Source of the DNA: an uncultured Anaerolineales bacterium
GTDB taxonomy: Bacteria; Chloroflexota; Anaerolineae; Anaerolineales; UBA11858
DNA: 64,000 nucleotides
Direction: 5' to 3'
Assembly: GCA_964481465.1 (NCBI GenBank)
Contig: CAYZTL010000016.1
Span: 13,553 to 77,552 of the forward strand
The notes beneath the pieces are model-generated. The model worked only from the letters and a program-made list of their open reading frames with translations. It ran no database searches and was not told the DNA's origin. The translations under genes and the position numbers were made by a program. This document shows positions 34,483 to 45,692 of the stretch, in pieces. Position 1 is the first letter of the stretch; each line of letters begins with the position of its first letter.

Positions 34483-35253
34483 TTACAGCCTCGTCAAAAT
34501 CAGCGGATCACCCTCAGTGACGGCGACCGTGTGTTCATAATGCGCTGTTAAGGACCGGTCTTCTGAAATTACCGTCCATTTATCGGAAAGCACCTTCGTT
34601 TTGTTCGTTCCCACCAGCACCATGGGTTCAAGGGCAATGGTCATCCCCTTTTTCAATTCCAATCCTTTGCCCGGGACACCAAAATTGGGCACCTGGGGGG
34701 GTTCATGCATCTTCCGGCCCACGCCATGTCCCGTGTATTTCCGGGGGACGTGAAACCCATTCCCCTCCACATATTCCTGAATGGCCGCGGAAACGTCACC
34801 GACATGGTTCCCAGGTCTCATCTGTTCGATACCTTTATACAACGCCTCTTCGGTCACCTCGAGCAAACGCTCGGCTTCTGAGGAGATCTCTCCGACCCCT
34901 GCAGAAAATGCGGAATCCCCGATAAATCCTTTATACGTCGTGCCGCAATCCACGGAGACGATGTCCCCTTCTTTCAAAGTCCTTCCGCTCGGAATGCCGT
35001 GCACCATCTCCTCATTCAAACTCACCGTTAGCGTAGCAGGAAAGGGATACGGCCCGGGGTAACCTTTGAAAGTGGGGCTCGCGCCGTAGGAACGGATGAG
35101 TTCTTCTGCCGCTTCATCCAACGCCCTGGTGGTGATGCCCGGCTTGATCAAAGCTCTCACCTTTTCCAACACTTCAGCGTTGATCCTTCCGGCTTCACGC
35201 ATAATCGCGATTTCACGGTCGTTTTTAATGATGCCGTTTTGCACTACTACCAT
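34483..35253 (-). CDS. map: Methionine aminopeptidase, type I
   Basis: ...GDIVSVDCGTTYKGFIGDSA..., ...HGVGRKMHEPP..., ...LEPMV..., ...AHYEHTVAVT... carry the metal-ligand motifs. Confidence 0.93.
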   Translation of the reverse strand: MVVVQNGIIKNDREIAIMREAGRINAEVLEKVRALIKPGITTRALDEAAEELIRSYGASPTFKGYPGPYPFPATLTVSLNEEMVHGIPSGRTLKEGDIVSVDCGTTYKGFIGDSAFSAGVGEISSEAERLLEVTEEALYKGIEQMRPGNHVGDVSAAIQEYVEGNGFHVPRKYTGHGVGRKMHEPPQVPNFGVPGKGLELKKGMTIALEPMVLVGTNKTKVLSDKWTVISEDRSLTAHYEHTVAVTEGDPLILTRL

Positions 35254-35915
35254 TGCTGCCCGTCCAATTTCCTTTCTATTTCCGCCGCGACCTCTTCCAC
35301 GCTCTGCCCGGCATCCACTTCAAGAAGGATTCCCCGATCTCGATAATATGTTATTAAGGGTTTCGTCTTGGCAATGTAAACATCAACCCTGTTTTTTACC
35401 GTCTCCAGCTGATCATCCTTACGCTGGTAAAGTTCCGACCCGTCATAATCGCAGATGCCTTCCTCTTCCGGAGGATCATACTTTTTATGGAAAACATGGC
35501 CGTGGGCCCGGCAGGTCAACCTTCCCGTCAGGCGCTCAATCAACTCCGAGTAGGAGACGTGAAGGTAAAAGACCATTTCCCTCACCTCAGGGTCATAGTC
35601 CGCCAGGATCTCAGGCAAAGCCTTCGCCTGGCCCAAAGTCCGAGGAAACCCGTCTAAAATGAAGTCCGTGCCAGGATCGATCTCCTGGATCCGGTTCTCC
35701 ACCATGCCAATGGTGATCTCATCCGGGACCAGTTCTCCGGCATCGATGTATTGGGCTGCTTTTTTCCCAAGCTTTGTCTCGTTTTCCAAATTTCTACGAA
35801 ACAATTCGCCTGATGAAATGTGAAGGTACCCTTTCTCCTCAACGAGAATCTCGGCTTGAGTTCCCTTTCCCGCTCCCGGTGGGCCCAGCAGGATCAGGCA
35901 GGTCTGCATTGACAT
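35247..35915 (-). CDS. adk: Adenylate kinase
   Basis: ILLGPPGAGKGTQ P-loop. The lid reads C-R-A-H-G...C-D-Y-D-G. Confidence 0.93.
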   Translation of the reverse strand: MSMQTCLILLGPPGAGKGTQAEILVEEKGYLHISSGELFRRNLENETKLGKKAAQYIDAGELVPDEITIGMVENRIQEIDPGTDFILDGFPRTLGQAKALPEILADYDPEVREMVFYLHVSYSELIERLTGRLTCRAHGHVFHKKYDPPEEEGICDYDGSELYQRKDDQLETVKNRVDVYIAKTKPLITYYRDRGILLEVDAGQSVEEVAAEIERKLDGQQW

Positions 35916-35939
35916 GGCTTCACCTTATGGATCATGCGT

Positions 35940-37286
35940 TTACCGAACAAGCAGGGTTTCATCATACCCGTGCAGCTTGAGCTCGGCATCGATATTCTGG
36001 AATGTATCACGGACCACACCCACCACAATCAGCAAACCGGATGAGGTGATGAGCATCGTCCCCGAACCGGAGGCACCCATTCCAGGCATGACCAAACTGA
36101 CCAGGAAAGGTAAAACTGCCACGAATCCCAAAAAAAACGCGCCAGGGAACGTGATCCTGCGCAACACTTTCGTCAAGTAACGCTGGGTGGGGGCGCCCCG
36201 ACTCACACCCGGAATTTGCGCCCCAGATCGCTTCAGGTTACGCCCGTAATCTTGCTGGGCGAAAAGGACATCCGTATAGAAGAAGGTAAACCCAACCACC
36301 ATCAAGAAATATAACGCCCAATACCAGGGACTGCCGCCGCCAAACAGGTTTTGGACGTTGACGGATAAATTCGCCAGCCATTGAATGTCCGAATTGCTGA
36401 AGAAACTGGCTAAAATGGCCGGGAAGGTCAATAATGACTGGCCGAAAATGAGGGGGATCATGCCTGCCATGTTGACCTTCAAAGGCAGGGATCCTTTGAC
36501 GGGCATGGAGCGCCGGTTACCCACGCGCCGACCGGGATACATGACGGGGATATTCCGCTGGCCCTGCTGCACGAAAATGATGGCAAAGATGATCAGCACG
36601 GTCAGGACCAACATGAAAGCCAAAACCAGCCATTGGTTTTCAGAATTCCCCATCAACCTCACGAAATTCTGAGGGATCCTGGATACGATGCCGGCGAAGA
36701 TCAACAGGGACAACCCTTGGTTGCGGATGCCGTATTCAGAAATCAATTCTCCCAGCCAAATGGCGAACATCGTCCCTGCGGTCATGCTGGTGATAATCGC
36801 CAGGGAAGGAACCAGTGAACTTCCGGTGAAACCAAAGTTATCGATGATCGAGACTCCGCCTCCCAAACTGGAGAAGATCCGGATCTGCCCCACCGCTTGT
36901 AAAGCGGCCATGGGTACAGCCAAGATATAGGTCCATTTTTCCATCCATTTCCGACCCTCCTGCGGATCTTCCTCCATCTTCTGCTGCAGGGAGGGGATGA
37001 CGGGGACCAGCAGCTGCAGGATAATTTGGGCGGTAATATAGGGGTAAACGCCCATAGCCAGGACCGAGAAGTTCGATACTGTTCCTCCGGAGAGCATATC
37101 CAAAATCCCCAGGAAAGTGCTCCCTGCCCCGCCGCCGGCCATAATCGAGGCGATCACGTCCCGGTTCGCTCCCGGTACAGGGACATGGGCAGCAAGACGA
37201 TAGATAACCAGAATGATCAAGGTGATCAACAGTTTGCGCCGGATATCTTCAGCTTTCCATAGGTAACGCCAAGCAGATCTCTTCAT
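35940..37286 (-). CDS. secY: Preprotein translocase SecY
   Basis: 448-aa polytopic protein in the canonical position after rplO, with typical SecY segments (...GGTVSNFSVLAMGVYPYITAQII...). Confidence 0.95.
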   Translation of the reverse strand: MKRSAWRYLWKAEDIRRKLLITLIILVIYRLAAHVPVPGANRDVIASIMAGGGAGSTFLGILDMLSGGTVSNFSVLAMGVYPYITAQIILQLLVPVIPSLQQKMEEDPQEGRKWMEKWTYILAVPMAALQAVGQIRIFSSLGGGVSIIDNFGFTGSSLVPSLAIITSMTAGTMFAIWLGELISEYGIRNQGLSLLIFAGIVSRIPQNFVRLMGNSENQWLVLAFMLVLTVLIIFAIIFVQQGQRNIPVMYPGRRVGNRRSMPVKGSLPLKVNMAGMIPLIFGQSLLTFPAILASFFSNSDIQWLANLSVNVQNLFGGGSPWYWALYFLMVVGFTFFYTDVLFAQQDYGRNLKRSGAQIPGVSRGAPTQRYLTKVLRRITFPGAFFLGFVAVLPFLVSLVMPGMGASGSGTMLITSSGLLIVVGVVRDTFQNIDAELKLHGYDETLLVR

Positions 37287-37354
37287 AATCAGGAACTCCT
37301 ACTCATGACCGGTCAGGCAGAAATGTCTCCCCAAACCGTCAAGATCGAGTACGC

Positions 37355-37810
37355 TTACGATTCTATAACCTCCACGTTGCCTCCAGCTTTCTCAATCTTC
37401 TCCCGGGCTTTCTTGGAAAACCGGTGGGCTTTTACCTTTAAGGGAACCTCCAATTCACCTCGACCGAGGATGACCACAGGTTTCTCCGGGTCATGGATCA
37501 ACCTCACTTTTGCCAACACTTCGGGTGTGACCTCCGCCTCCTCCGGGAAATGGGCCAGATATTCCACGTTCACCTCTTGGAATTCAACGCGGAAGGGAGG
37601 GTTAAACCCCGGCTTTTTGGGCAGGCGGCGGAAAAACGGTGTATCTCCGCCCTGGTGCCACAAAGGGACACCCCCGCCGCTGCGGGCATTTTGACCTTTC
37701 GTTCCCCTGCCGGCTGTTTTCCCGTACCCCGAGCCATACCCCCTGCCCACTCGCTTTCTTTTTTGTTTTGCACCTTCGTTTCGTTTCAAATCATGTAGTT
37801 TCATAATCAT
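37355..37810 (-). CDS. rplO: Ribosomal protein L15
   Basis: ...KRKRVGRGYGSGYGKTAGRGTKGQNARSG.... Confidence 0.95.
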   Translation of the reverse strand: MIMKLHDLKRNEGAKQKRKRVGRGYGSGYGKTAGRGTKGQNARSGGGVPLWHQGGDTPFFRRLPKKPGFNPPFRVEFQEVNVEYLAHFPEEAEVTPEVLAKVRLIHDPEKPVVILGRGELEVPLKVKAHRFSKKAREKIEKAGGNVEVIES

Positions 37811-37819
37811 TCACCTTCA

Positions 37820-38023
37820 TCAACCCACTTCTTCCACCTGAACAATGTGTTCAATGCAGGCAATCATCCCTCGCGTGCTTTTATTGTCAGGGACTTCAAC
37901 GGCCTGGTTGATCTTCCGCAAGCCCAGGGCTTCCGCCGTCTTCCGCTGCCTGGGTGTGCGGCTGCTAGCGCTTTTGACCAGTTTCACGCGCAACCGGGGT
38001 GACTTTTTCTTCTTTTTCGCCAT
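37820..38023 (-). CDS. rpmD: Ribosomal protein L30
   Basis: ...LRVKLVKSASSRTPRQRKTAEALGLRKINQAVEV.... Confidence 0.93.
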   Translation of the reverse strand: MAKKKKKSPRLRVKLVKSASSRTPRQRKTAEALGLRKINQAVEVPDNKSTRGMIACIEHIVQVEEVG

Positions 38024-38030
38024 AAGCTAT

Positions 38031-38549
38031 TTACCTATCCCAGAAAGGGATGACCTTTTTAATATCCACCCCGCGGATGGCGGCTTCCTCGTGGGGGTCT
38101 TTTAATTTCTCAAGCCCGTTGATGGTGGCAGCAGCGATATTCATGGCGTTGTCACTGCCCAGAGATTTGGTGAGGATGTTCTTGATGCCGGTGACTTCGA
38201 CCACAGCGCGAACGCTCCCCGCTGCGATCACTCCCGTACCTTCCGAGGCCGGTTTGAGCATCACCTCCGCTCCACTCACTTTTCCCACCACCTTGTGGGG
38301 GATGGTGGTGTTATACACCGCCACCGGGTGCATATCCGCTTTGGCCTGGTCCGATGCTTTGCGGATGGCGTCAGGGACGGAATTCGCCTTCCCCATCCCC
38401 ATGCCCACTTTCCCTTTTTGGTCACCGGCTACCATCGTGACACGGAAGGAGAAGCGGCGTCCGCCTTTGACGACCGTCGCCACTCGCTCGATATTGATGA
38501 TCCGCTCGTCAATCTCTTGTTCTGCCCTATCTTGATAACCATTCGACAT
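38031..38549 (-). CDS. rpsE: Ribosomal protein S5
   Basis: ...IINIERVATVVKGGRRFSFRVTMVAGDQKGKVGMGMGKA.... Confidence 0.95.
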   Translation of the reverse strand: MSNGYQDRAEQEIDERIINIERVATVVKGGRRFSFRVTMVAGDQKGKVGMGMGKANSVPDAIRKASDQAKADMHPVAVYNTTIPHKVVGKVSGAEVMLKPASEGTGVIAAGSVRAVVEVTGIKNILTKSLGSDNAMNIAAATINGLEKLKDPHEEAAIRGVDIKKVIPFWDR

Positions 38550-38570
38550 ACGATACTCCTGCGCGCGTAC

Positions 38571-38939
38571 CTAAAATTTCAACCCGTGTTCACGAGCAGC
38601 TTCAGCTAACGCTTTGACTCTGCCTATATATTTGTATCCACCACGGTCGAAAACCACCTCTTCGATGCCCTCTTCCTGGGCACGCTCGGCAACGGCTTTT
38701 CCGACCAGGGCGGCCTGTTCCGTCTTTGTCAAACCGTCCATTTCATCCCCCAATTCAGAATCGATGGTTGACGCCGCAACTAACGTGTGTCCTTGAAAAT
38801 CATCGATGATCTGGACATAGATTTCGTTGAGACTTTTAAATACGTTCAACCGCGGTTTCTTCGGGGTGCCGTATATATTGCGGCGAACCCGTTGATGTCT
38901 TCGTCTTCGCGCTTCGGAACGAGATTTTTGTTTCGCCAT
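38571..38939 (-). CDS. rplR: Ribosomal protein L18
   Basis: [36 protein letters not shown].... The ATG at 38939 lies just after the rplF stop. The track ORF extends spuriously to 38990. Confidence 0.93.
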   Translation of the reverse strand: MAKQKSRSEARRRRHQRVRRNIYGTPKKPRLNVFKSLNEIYVQIIDDFQGHTLVAASTIDSELGDEMDGLTKTEQAALVGKAVAERAQEEGIEEVVFDRGGYKYIGRVKALAEAAREHGLKF

Positions 38940-38940
38940 A

Positions 38941-39489
38941 TTACGCCACCACCTTGCCTGCCTTTCCTGCTTTGCGGCGGATGTATTCACCTTTGTACCG
39001 GATCCCTTTTCCCTTATACGGTTCCGGTGGCCTGACTTTGCGGATGTCAGCTGCTACCTGACCTACTTTTTGCTTATCATATCCCCTGACCACGATCTCC
39101 CTCGATTTTTCCCCTACCTCGAATTCAATCCCATCCGGAGGGTCAATCTCCACCGGGTGAGAAAAACCGACATTGATGACCAGGGACTTGCCTTGCATGT
39201 TCGCCCGGTAGCCAACACCCACCAATTCCAGCTCTTTGGAGTAACCATCCGTGACACCAATGACCATGTTATTGATAATCGCTCGCGTCGTCCCATGCAA
39301 TGACCGCAAAAATCGGTTATCCGAGGGACGGGTGACGAGGATTTCTCCATCCTCAAACTTAATGTCTAAATCTGAAGAAAACGTGTTCTCGAGTTCTCCC
39401 TTCGGCCCCTTGATGCGCACGTGGGAGCCATCTATTTTTACTTCAACGTTCGATGGGACTTCCACCGGTAGTCGACCTATTCGTGACAC
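38941..39489 (-). CDS. rplF: Ribosomal protein L6
   Basis: (GTG)[32 protein letters not shown].... Confidence 0.95.
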   Translation of the reverse strand: MSRIGRLPVEVPSNVEVKIDGSHVRIKGPKGELENTFSSDLDIKFEDGEILVTRPSDNRFLRSLHGTTRAIINNMVIGVTDGYSKELELVGVGYRANMQGKSLVINVGFSHPVEIDPPDGIEFEVGEKSREIVVRGYDKQKVGQVAADIRKVRPPEPYKGKGIRYKGEYIRRKAGKAGKVVA

Positions 39490-39550
39490 AGTTCCTTCTC
39501 CTTGCTCCTATCCGAACACACCCGTACACTGCGTTCGTCAGTATAAGCCA

Positions 39551-39964
39551 TTACCAAACCTTACAAAGAATCTCACCGCCAACACCATCACTGCGTGCTT
39601 GGCGTCCGGTCATCACACCCCGGGAAGTCGTCAGGATGCAAATCCCCATGCCCGAAAGCACGTAAGGGATTTCATCCTTGCCAGCGTAAATACGTTGACC
39701 GGGAACGCTGACTCGCTCCAATTCCGTGATCACAGATTTGCGAGTTCGGCGCTTCCCCACATACTTCAGATATACTTTCAGGGTCTTGAAGCCCGAGTTC
39801 TCATCTTCCACAACTTCGTACCGATCAATAAAGCCTTCATCTTCCAATATCTTCGCAATGGCTGCTTTCAATTTCGAACTGGGCATGGCCACATGGGGAT
39901 GTTCAGCTCGGACAGCATTCCGAATTCTTGTCAGCATATCAGCAATAGGATCACTTACACTCAT
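39551..39964 (-). CDS. rpsH: Ribosomal protein S8
   Basis: MSVSDPIADMLTRIRNA.... Confidence 0.95.
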   Translation of the reverse strand: MSVSDPIADMLTRIRNAVRAEHPHVAMPSSKLKAAIAKILEDEGFIDRYEVVEDENSGFKTLKVYLKYVGKRRTRKSVITELERVSVPGQRIYAGKDEIPYVLSGMGICILTTSRGVMTGRQARSDGVGGEILCKVW

Positions 39965-39983
39965 TCTTTATCCTCCGCCCAAC

Positions 39984-40166
39984 TTACCAAGAAGACTTGA
40001 CAACGCCGGGGATTTTCCCTTCTAATGCCAATTCTCGAAAACAAATACGGCACAATCCAAATCGCCGCATATAACCTCGTGGTCGACCGCATTTCTTGCA
40101 GCGATTCACTTCACGGACTTCATATTTGCGGTCTTTTTCTCGCGCAATCATGCTTTTCTTAGCCAT
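39984..40166 (-). CDS. rpsN: Ribosomal protein S14, short Zn-binding (type Z) form
   Basis: 60 aa, with [20 protein letters not shown] carrying the four Cys. Confidence 0.95.
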   Translation of the reverse strand: MAKKSMIAREKDRKYEVREVNRCKKCGRPRGYMRRFGLCRICFRELALEGKIPGVVKSSW

Positions 40167-40169
40167 AGG

Positions 40170-40715
40170 TTAACCTTCCTTCTTAAATGGCATACCAAGC
40201 TTCCGTAATAACTCACGCCCTGATTCGTCATCCTGCGTGGAAGTCACAATGCTGACTTCCAAGCCCTGGACGTGATCCACTTCATCGTAATCGATCTCCG
40301 GAAACACCAATTGTTCATCCAAACCCAAGGTATAATTCCCTCTCCCGTCAAAGGCGTGGGGGGAGACGCCGCGAAAGTCGCGAACCCGCGGTAAAGCAAC
40401 ATTCATCAAACGGTCCAAAAAGGACCACATCCGGTAGCCCCGCAGGGTCACTTTCGTGCCAATGGGCACACCAGCCCGGAGTTTGAAATTAGCCACGTTC
40501 TTTTTAGATTTCGTGACCACGGGCTGCTGGCCGGTGATTTTGGCCAAGTCCCTTACCGCATCGTCCAACACTTTCCCGTTATCCAAGGCATCGCCCACCC
40601 CCATATTGAGGACGATCTTCTCAATCCGCGGGACCTGCATGACGTTGTCCAGATTGAGCTCTCCCTTCAATTCCGGGACGATTTCCTGTTTATAGCGTTC
40701 TTTCAATCTATTCAT
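40170..40715 (-). CDS. rplE: Ribosomal protein L5
   Basis: [41 protein letters not shown].... Confidence 0.95.
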   Translation of the reverse strand: MNRLKERYKQEIVPELKGELNLDNVMQVPRIEKIVLNMGVGDALDNGKVLDDAVRDLAKITGQQPVVTKSKKNVANFKLRAGVPIGTKVTLRGYRMWSFLDRLMNVALPRVRDFRGVSPHAFDGRGNYTLGLDEQLVFPEIDYDEVDHVQGLEVSIVTSTQDDESGRELLRKLGMPFKKEG

Positions 40716-40732
40716 GATCCATCTCCAACCGG

Positions 40733-41071
40733 TTAATCGATCACCGCGCTGCAGCGTTTACAGACCCGTTTCGGCTTGCCGTCTTCCCGGGTCACGCCCA
40801 CTCGAGTAGGTTCGCCGCAGGCAGAGCAAACCAGCATGACGTTTGAAATGTGAATCGGCCCTTCAAATTCGATAATGCCGGGCGTCATCGTCCGCCCCTG
40901 GGTCTGGATTTGACCCTGATGCTTTTTCCGAATATTCACACCCTGGACAGCCACCCGATCCTTATCGCGGTAGACTTTAATGACCTCACCACGCTTTCCC
41001 TTGTCTTCGGAACGCCCGCTGATGACTTCTACTTGATCACCTTTCTTGATTTTATATTTCACGACCATCAC
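40733..41071 (-). CDS. rplX: Ribosomal protein L24, with a Cys4 C-terminal segment
   Basis: [27 protein letters not shown] is the KOW motif. The C-terminus reads [26 protein letters not shown]. Confidence 0.93.
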   Translation of the reverse strand: MMVVKYKIKKGDQVEVISGRSEDKGKRGEVIKVYRDKDRVAVQGVNIRKKHQGQIQTQGRTMTPGIIEFEGPIHISNVMLVCSACGEPTRVGVTREDGKPKRVCKRCSAVID

Positions 41072-41086
41072 TCCTGCTTCACTTGC

Positions 41087-41458
41087 TTAGACCGTCTCTG
41101 GCGCCAGGGAAACGATTTTCATATACCCTTTATCTCGGAGTTCCCGAGCGACGGGCCCAAAAATTCTCGTCCCTCTGGGATTGGTACCATCCGCGTCCAG
41201 GATGACCACCGCGTTATCGTCAAATTTAATGGTGGAACCATCATTCCGGCGCCACTCCTTTGCCGTGCGGACCACGACCGCCCTGACCACTTCATGAGCC
41301 TTGACGGATCCCCCCGAGGAGGCCCCTTTAATGGAGCCGACGACGACGTCACCAATCCGGGCATACCTGCGGGTCGACCCCCCGAGCACGCGAATGACCT
41401 GCAACTCGCGAGCCCCGGAGTTATCTGCAACCTTTACTTTCGATTCTTGCTGTATCAT
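41087..41458 (-). CDS. rplN: Ribosomal protein L14
   Basis: [27 protein letters not shown].... Confidence 0.95.
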   Translation of the reverse strand: MIQQESKVKVADNSGARELQVIRVLGGSTRRYARIGDVVVGSIKGASSGGSVKAHEVVRAVVVRTAKEWRRNDGSTIKFDDNAVVILDADGTNPRGTRIFGPVARELRDKGYMKIVSLAPETV

Positions 41459-41470
41459 CGCTAACTCCGC

Positions 41471-41731
41471 TTAGGCTTCCGTTACCGGGCGAGTGCGGCG
41501 GGTGATCTCTTCCACCACCCAGCGCTTGGTTTTGGAAAGGGGGCGCGACTCGACGATCGTCACTTCATCTCCGATTTCACAGCCCAATTCATCATGAGCC
41601 ATCACCGCCTTGTGGCGATCGATGACCTTTTTATACAAGGGATGTCGAAAGCGACGGGTGAGTTCAACCTTCACCGTCTTGTCCATCTTATTGCTGGTAA
41701 CTACACCTTTTAACCGCCGGCGATCACTCAT
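41471..41731 (-). CDS. rpsQ: Ribosomal protein S17
   Basis: ...[30 protein letters not shown].... Confidence 0.95.
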   Translation of the reverse strand: MSDRRRLKGVVTSNKMDKTVKVELTRRFRHPLYKKVIDRHKAVMAHDELGCEIGDEVTIVESRPLSKTKRWVVEEITRRTRPVTEA

Positions 41732-41940
41732 GCTTCACCTTCCATTTCCGCTTCCCGCTCACGTTCATTGAGTATCGTTAAAAATCTAGCGATATTCCGC
41801 CGCGTTTGTGGAAGCCGTGTCGTATCGATTAGCTCTCCCGTAGATTGTTGAAACCGGAGATTCATCATTTCCTCCCGGGCTTCATCCAGACGAGCTTTGA
41901 TTTCTTCCGTTGATAATTCACGGATCTCATCAGGTTTCAT
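41728..41940 (-). CDS. rpmC: Ribosomal protein L29
   Basis: [31 protein letters not shown].... Confidence 0.93.
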   Translation of the reverse strand: MKPDEIRELSTEEIKARLDEAREEMMNLRFQQSTGELIDTTRLPQTRRNIARFLTILNEREREAEMEGEA

Positions 41941-41942
41941 GC

Positions 41943-42368
41943 CTATTCTCCTACTTCGTCTTCTCTGGTGACGATCTTGGTCTTGATGGGGAGTTTATAG
42001 GATGCCCTTCTCAACGCTTCCCGCGCTGCACTGTCAGCGACGTCTCCACCAATTTCAAACATCATCCGGCCCGGTTTGACAACCGCAGCCCAATATTCCA
42101 CTTCCCCTTTTCCCTTTCCCATCCGGGTTTCCGCTGCCCGCTTCGTGATCGGTTTATCCGGGAAAATCCGGATCCAAATTTTTCCACGCCGGCGCATGGC
42201 TCGCACCATGGCCCGCCGGGCAGCCTCAATCTGCCGGGACGTAATCCACGAGGGTTGGAGGGCCTGCAAACCGTAGTCTCCAAAGTGGAGTTCATTCCCT
42301 CGCCGGGCTTTGCCCTTCATCCGTCCCCGCATCTGCTTTCTATATTTAACACGCTTTGGCATCAACAT
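41943..42368 (-). CDS. rplP: Ribosomal protein L16
   Basis: [19 protein letters not shown].... Confidence 0.95.
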   Translation of the reverse strand: MLMPKRVKYRKQMRGRMKGKARRGNELHFGDYGLQALQPSWITSRQIEAARRAMVRAMRRRGKIWIRIFPDKPITKRAAETRMGKGKGEVEYWAAVVKPGRMMFEIGGDVADSAAREALRRASYKLPIKTKIVTREDEVGE

Positions 42369-42415
42369 GTTTGTAATCCTTTATCATTCCGACCGACGCA
42401 TGGTCGGCAGGCTTC

Positions 42416-43099
42416 CTACTTACTGACGTACACCCCGCCGTGCTCTTCCGCCTCTTCTTCTTCCTCGAGGGTGGGCAAGACTTCGCCGCGATAAATCCAA
42501 ACTTTCACACCGATATTCCCGTACATGGTCGCCGCTTCCACCAGCGCGTAATCAATATCCGCTCGTAAGGTCTGGCGCGGTACCCGGCCTTCGCGCATAT
42601 GCACGGTCCGGGACATTTCCGCCCCGCCCAACCGGCCCGAAACTTCCACGCGAATCCCTTCCGCCCCTTCACGCATCGTGCGTTGGATGGCCCTGTTCAT
42701 CGCCCGTGAGAAGCTGATCCGGCTCTCGATTTGGCGAGCTACGTTTTCGGCGACAAGATGAGCATCCAGATCCGGGTTCTCAATCTCCTGGATGTCCACA
42801 TCGATATTCTTGCCTACCAGTTCCTCCAAAAGGCTCCGCGTTCGCTTGACGTTGACACCTTTTCGACCGATCAACACACCGGGCTTGGAGGTGTGAACGA
42901 TGATCCGGACTTTGCCAGGAAAGCGTTCAATCTCAATCCGGGAAACACCGGCGCGAGGGTTCTCCTCCTGAATCAATTTCCGGATCTCAAGATCTTCCTG
43001 GAGATGCTCTACATATTCGTCACCTTCCGCGTACCAACGTGCATCCCACGTCCGGATGACCTTTAAACGGAACCCAATCGGGTGTACTTTTCGACCCAT
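42416..43099 (-). CDS. rpsC: Ribosomal protein S3
   Basis: [24 protein letters not shown].... Has an acidic C-terminal extension. Confidence 0.95.
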   Translation of the reverse strand: MGRKVHPIGFRLKVIRTWDARWYAEGDEYVEHLQEDLEIRKLIQEENPRAGVSRIEIERFPGKVRIIVHTSKPGVLIGRKGVNVKRTRSLLEELVGKNIDVDIQEIENPDLDAHLVAENVARQIESRISFSRAMNRAIQRTMREGAEGIRVEVSGRLGGAEMSRTVHMREGRVPRQTLRADIDYALVEAATMYGNIGVKVWIYRGEVLPTLEEEEEAEEHGGVYVSK

Positions 43100-43165
43100 A
43101 ATTTCTCCTACACGTTCATAATTCTGTTAACAAATTCCCAATCCAATGAGTGCATGTCATCCATC

Positions 43166-43513
43166 TTAGGCCTCTTCCCGCTCCCGAAGGACCACGGAAA
43201 TATGGGATGATCGACGGAGTCTGGGTTTGACCCGACCACGGGCGCCAAAGCGACGCCACTTCCGCATCGGGCCCTCGTCCGCGACGATGTGATGAATGTA
43301 TAAATCGTAGCGGTTGAGGCCAAAGTTGTTTTCCGCATTGGCGATGGCGGAGTTCAACACCTTGGTCACTGATCGCGCCGCTTTCTTGGGCGTGAATTTC
43401 AGGATATCCAAAGCCTCCATGACGTCCTTTCCCCGCACCATATCGACCACCAAACGCGCTTTCTGGGGGGATATGGGGACATGACGTGCTTTCGCTTCTA
43501 CATCTCGCGGCAT
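43166..43513 (-). CDS. rplV: Ribosomal protein L22
   Basis: ...AKARHVPISPQKARLVVDMVRGKDVMEALDILKF.... Confidence 0.95.
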   Translation of the reverse strand: MPRDVEAKARHVPISPQKARLVVDMVRGKDVMEALDILKFTPKKAARSVTKVLNSAIANAENNFGLNRYDLYIHHIVADEGPMRKWRRFGARGRVKPRLRRSSHISVVLREREEA

Positions 43514-43515
43514 GG

Positions 43516-43833
43516 TTAGATCTCCTTCACATTCTCAGCAGCCGCCATGGCAGCTTCTTTCTTCCGCATCTTCCTAGCTGCGACATGTCCCCGGAACGTG
43601 CGCGTGGGAGCGAACTCGCCAAGGCGATGTCCAACCATGTTTTCCGTGATGTAAATGGGCACGTGACGCCGCCCATCGTGAACGGCGATGGTATGTCCTA
43701 CCAATTGGGGGAAGATCTGGCTCTCCCGACTCCACGTGCGGATGACCTTTTTTTCACCGCGCTCGTTCATCTTCTCCACTTTCTTCAATAATTTAGGGTG
43801 AATATATGGTCCCTTTTTCAACGATCGTGACAT
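43516..43833 (-). CDS. rpsS: Ribosomal protein S19
   Basis: [20 protein letters not shown]...[28 protein letters not shown]. Confidence 0.95.
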   Translation of the reverse strand: MSRSLKKGPYIHPKLLKKVEKMNERGEKKVIRTWSRESQIFPQLVGHTIAVHDGRRHVPIYITENMVGHRLGEFAPTRTFRGHVAARKMRKKEAAMAAAENVKEI

Positions 43834-43881
43834 ACGATTTTCTCCTCACATATCGTGACCTGCAACATGGCCTACTTCAGG

Positions 43882-44730
43882 TTACTTTTTACGCTTCTTT
43901 TTCCCTTCCCGGCGGTCGCGGACGATATACTTGTTCGTGCGCTTCGTCTTCCGGGTTTTCTTGCCCAACGTCTTTTTGCCCCAGGGGCTTTTCGGGCTGG
44001 GCATACCAATGGGCGCTTTCCCCTCCCCGCCGCCATGAGGGTGGTCGCGAGGGGACATGGCCGAACCGCGAACGGTGGGGCGGAACCCTTTGTGGCGCTT
44101 GGATCCCGCTTTACCCAGTTTGGTACTCCCATGGTCCACGTTGCCAACTTGGCCGATGGTCGCGTAACAATTCTGGAGAATCAGCCGGATCTCCCCGGAG
44201 GGCAACCGCACCTGAGCATAGCGACCTTCTTTGGCCACCAGCCGGGCGGCTGTCCCCGCTGAGCGGACCAATTGTCCTCCCCGCCCCTCTTTGAGTTCGA
44301 TGTTGTGAATCCGGGTTCCGGGCGGGATATTGCTCAACGGCATACTGTTCCCAGGATCGATCTCCGCGGTAGGACCGGAAACCACCGTCTGACCCACCCG
44401 CAGACCGACGGGAGCGATGATGTACCGCTTTTCCCCGTCCGCGTAATGGAGCAACGCCAGCCGTGCGGTCCGGTTGGGATCGTATTCAATGGCCGCCACC
44501 TTGGCGGGGATCCCATGTTTCTCACGCCGGAAATCCACCATCCGGTATTTCCGCTTATGCCCTCCCCCTCGATGGCGGACGGTGATTTTCCCTCGCATGT
44601 TCCGCCCTGCCTTTTTATGGAGGGACTTCAGGAGCGACCGTTCGGGCTCCTCTTTGGTAATTTCCTCAAACGAATGTCCGGTCTTTCCCCTCAAACTGGG
44701 GGTCACCGGTTTATATTTCTTGACAGCCAT
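43882..44730 (-). CDS. rplB: Ribosomal protein L2
   Basis: [15 protein letters not shown]...; ...[17 protein letters not shown].... Confidence 0.95.
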   Translation of the reverse strand: MAVKKYKPVTPSLRGKTGHSFEEITKEEPERSLLKSLHKKAGRNMRGKITVRHRGGGHKRKYRMVDFRREKHGIPAKVAAIEYDPNRTARLALLHYADGEKRYIIAPVGLRVGQTVVSGPTAEIDPGNSMPLSNIPPGTRIHNIELKEGRGGQLVRSAGTAARLVAKEGRYAQVRLPSGEIRLILQNCYATIGQVGNVDHGSTKLGKAGSKRHKGFRPTVRGSAMSPRDHPHGGGEGKAPIGMPSPKSPWGKKTLGKKTRKTKRTNKYIVRDRREGKKKRKK

Positions 44731-45032
44731 TAGCGCACTCCTTCAAAGGCTGGGATGGAATCACCAGGGGCCAGGGTGACGATGGCTTTCTTATACATAC
44801 TCCGGCGCAGTATCACCCGCCGATTTTGAGCGTTAAGGCTCCGCTTGGCAGGCATGATCATGGTATTGACCTTCTCAACTTGGACATCAAATAAGGTTTC
44901 CACGGCTTCCTTGATCATGCTTTTCGAAGCCTTGAGATCCACCTCAAAAACGTACTGGTTCAATTTCGTATACTGGTGACTCGATTTTTCCGTTAATATC
45001 GGTCGGTGCAAAATATCATATATCGAGGTCAT
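44730..45032 (-). CDS. rplW: Ribosomal protein L23
   Basis: [17 protein letters not shown].... The ATG at 45032 has a GGAG RBS and overlaps the rplD 3' end by 17 nt. TAATG overlap with rplB. Confidence 0.92.
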   Translation of the reverse strand: MTSIYDILHRPILTEKSSHQYTKLNQYVFEVDLKASKSMIKEAVETLFDVQVEKVNTMIMPAKRSLNAQNRRVILRRSMYKKAIVTLAPGDSIPAFEGVR

Positions 45033-45672
45033 CGTTCTTCTCCACTTGCAAATTGACGAGGATATTATCAATCGCAGGTTGCACGATGATCACCCTCTCG
45101 TAGCCGAGTAAATCACGGATATTCAAATAATCTGCCAACAACAGCTTTGCATCCTGCAAATTGCGGATGGACCGCATCAGCAACTGATAATTCTCATCTT
45201 TCTCAGGATAGACAACCAATGCGCTGTGCTCTCCAACCAAATCATCCAAGGCTTGGGCCATGAGCCGGGTCTTGGGTTTTTCCAGCGTCAGCTCATCGAG
45301 AAAGATCAATTCCTCACTGGACAATTTTACGGACAACGCGGAACGCAAGGCTGCCCGCCGCATCTTTTGGGGCATTTTCTTCCGATAGGAGCGGGGTTTT
45401 GGGGTAAATACCTTTCCTCCCCCCACCCAAATGGGTGAGCGGATGGACCCATGCCGGGCCCTGCCCGTGCCTTTCTGACGCCAGGGCTTCCTGCCTCCGC
45501 CGGAGACTTCGCCACGATTCTTCGTGCTGTGGGCCCCTGTCCGCCGGTTTGACAATTGGCGCATGAAGGCCTGGTGCATCAAATCGACTTTTATGGGGGC
45601 ATCGAAGATCTCCACCGGGAGGTCCACGGTGTCAACTTTCTTGCCCTTCATGTTGATCACATTTACTTCCAT
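45016..45672 (-). CDS. rplD: Ribosomal protein L4
   Basis: ...GAHSTKNRGEVSGGGRKPWRQKGTGRARHGSIRSPIWVGGG.... Confidence 0.95.
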   Translation of the reverse strand: MEVNVINMKGKKVDTVDLPVEIFDAPIKVDLMHQAFMRQLSNRRTGAHSTKNRGEVSGGGRKPWRQKGTGRARHGSIRSPIWVGGGKVFTPKPRSYRKKMPQKMRRAALRSALSVKLSSEELIFLDELTLEKPKTRLMAQALDDLVGEHSALVVYPEKDENYQLLMRSIRNLQDAKLLLADYLNIRDLLGYERVIIVQPAIDNILVNLQVEKNDDLDI

Positions 45673-45692
45673 GTTAATCTCACTCCAACCAA

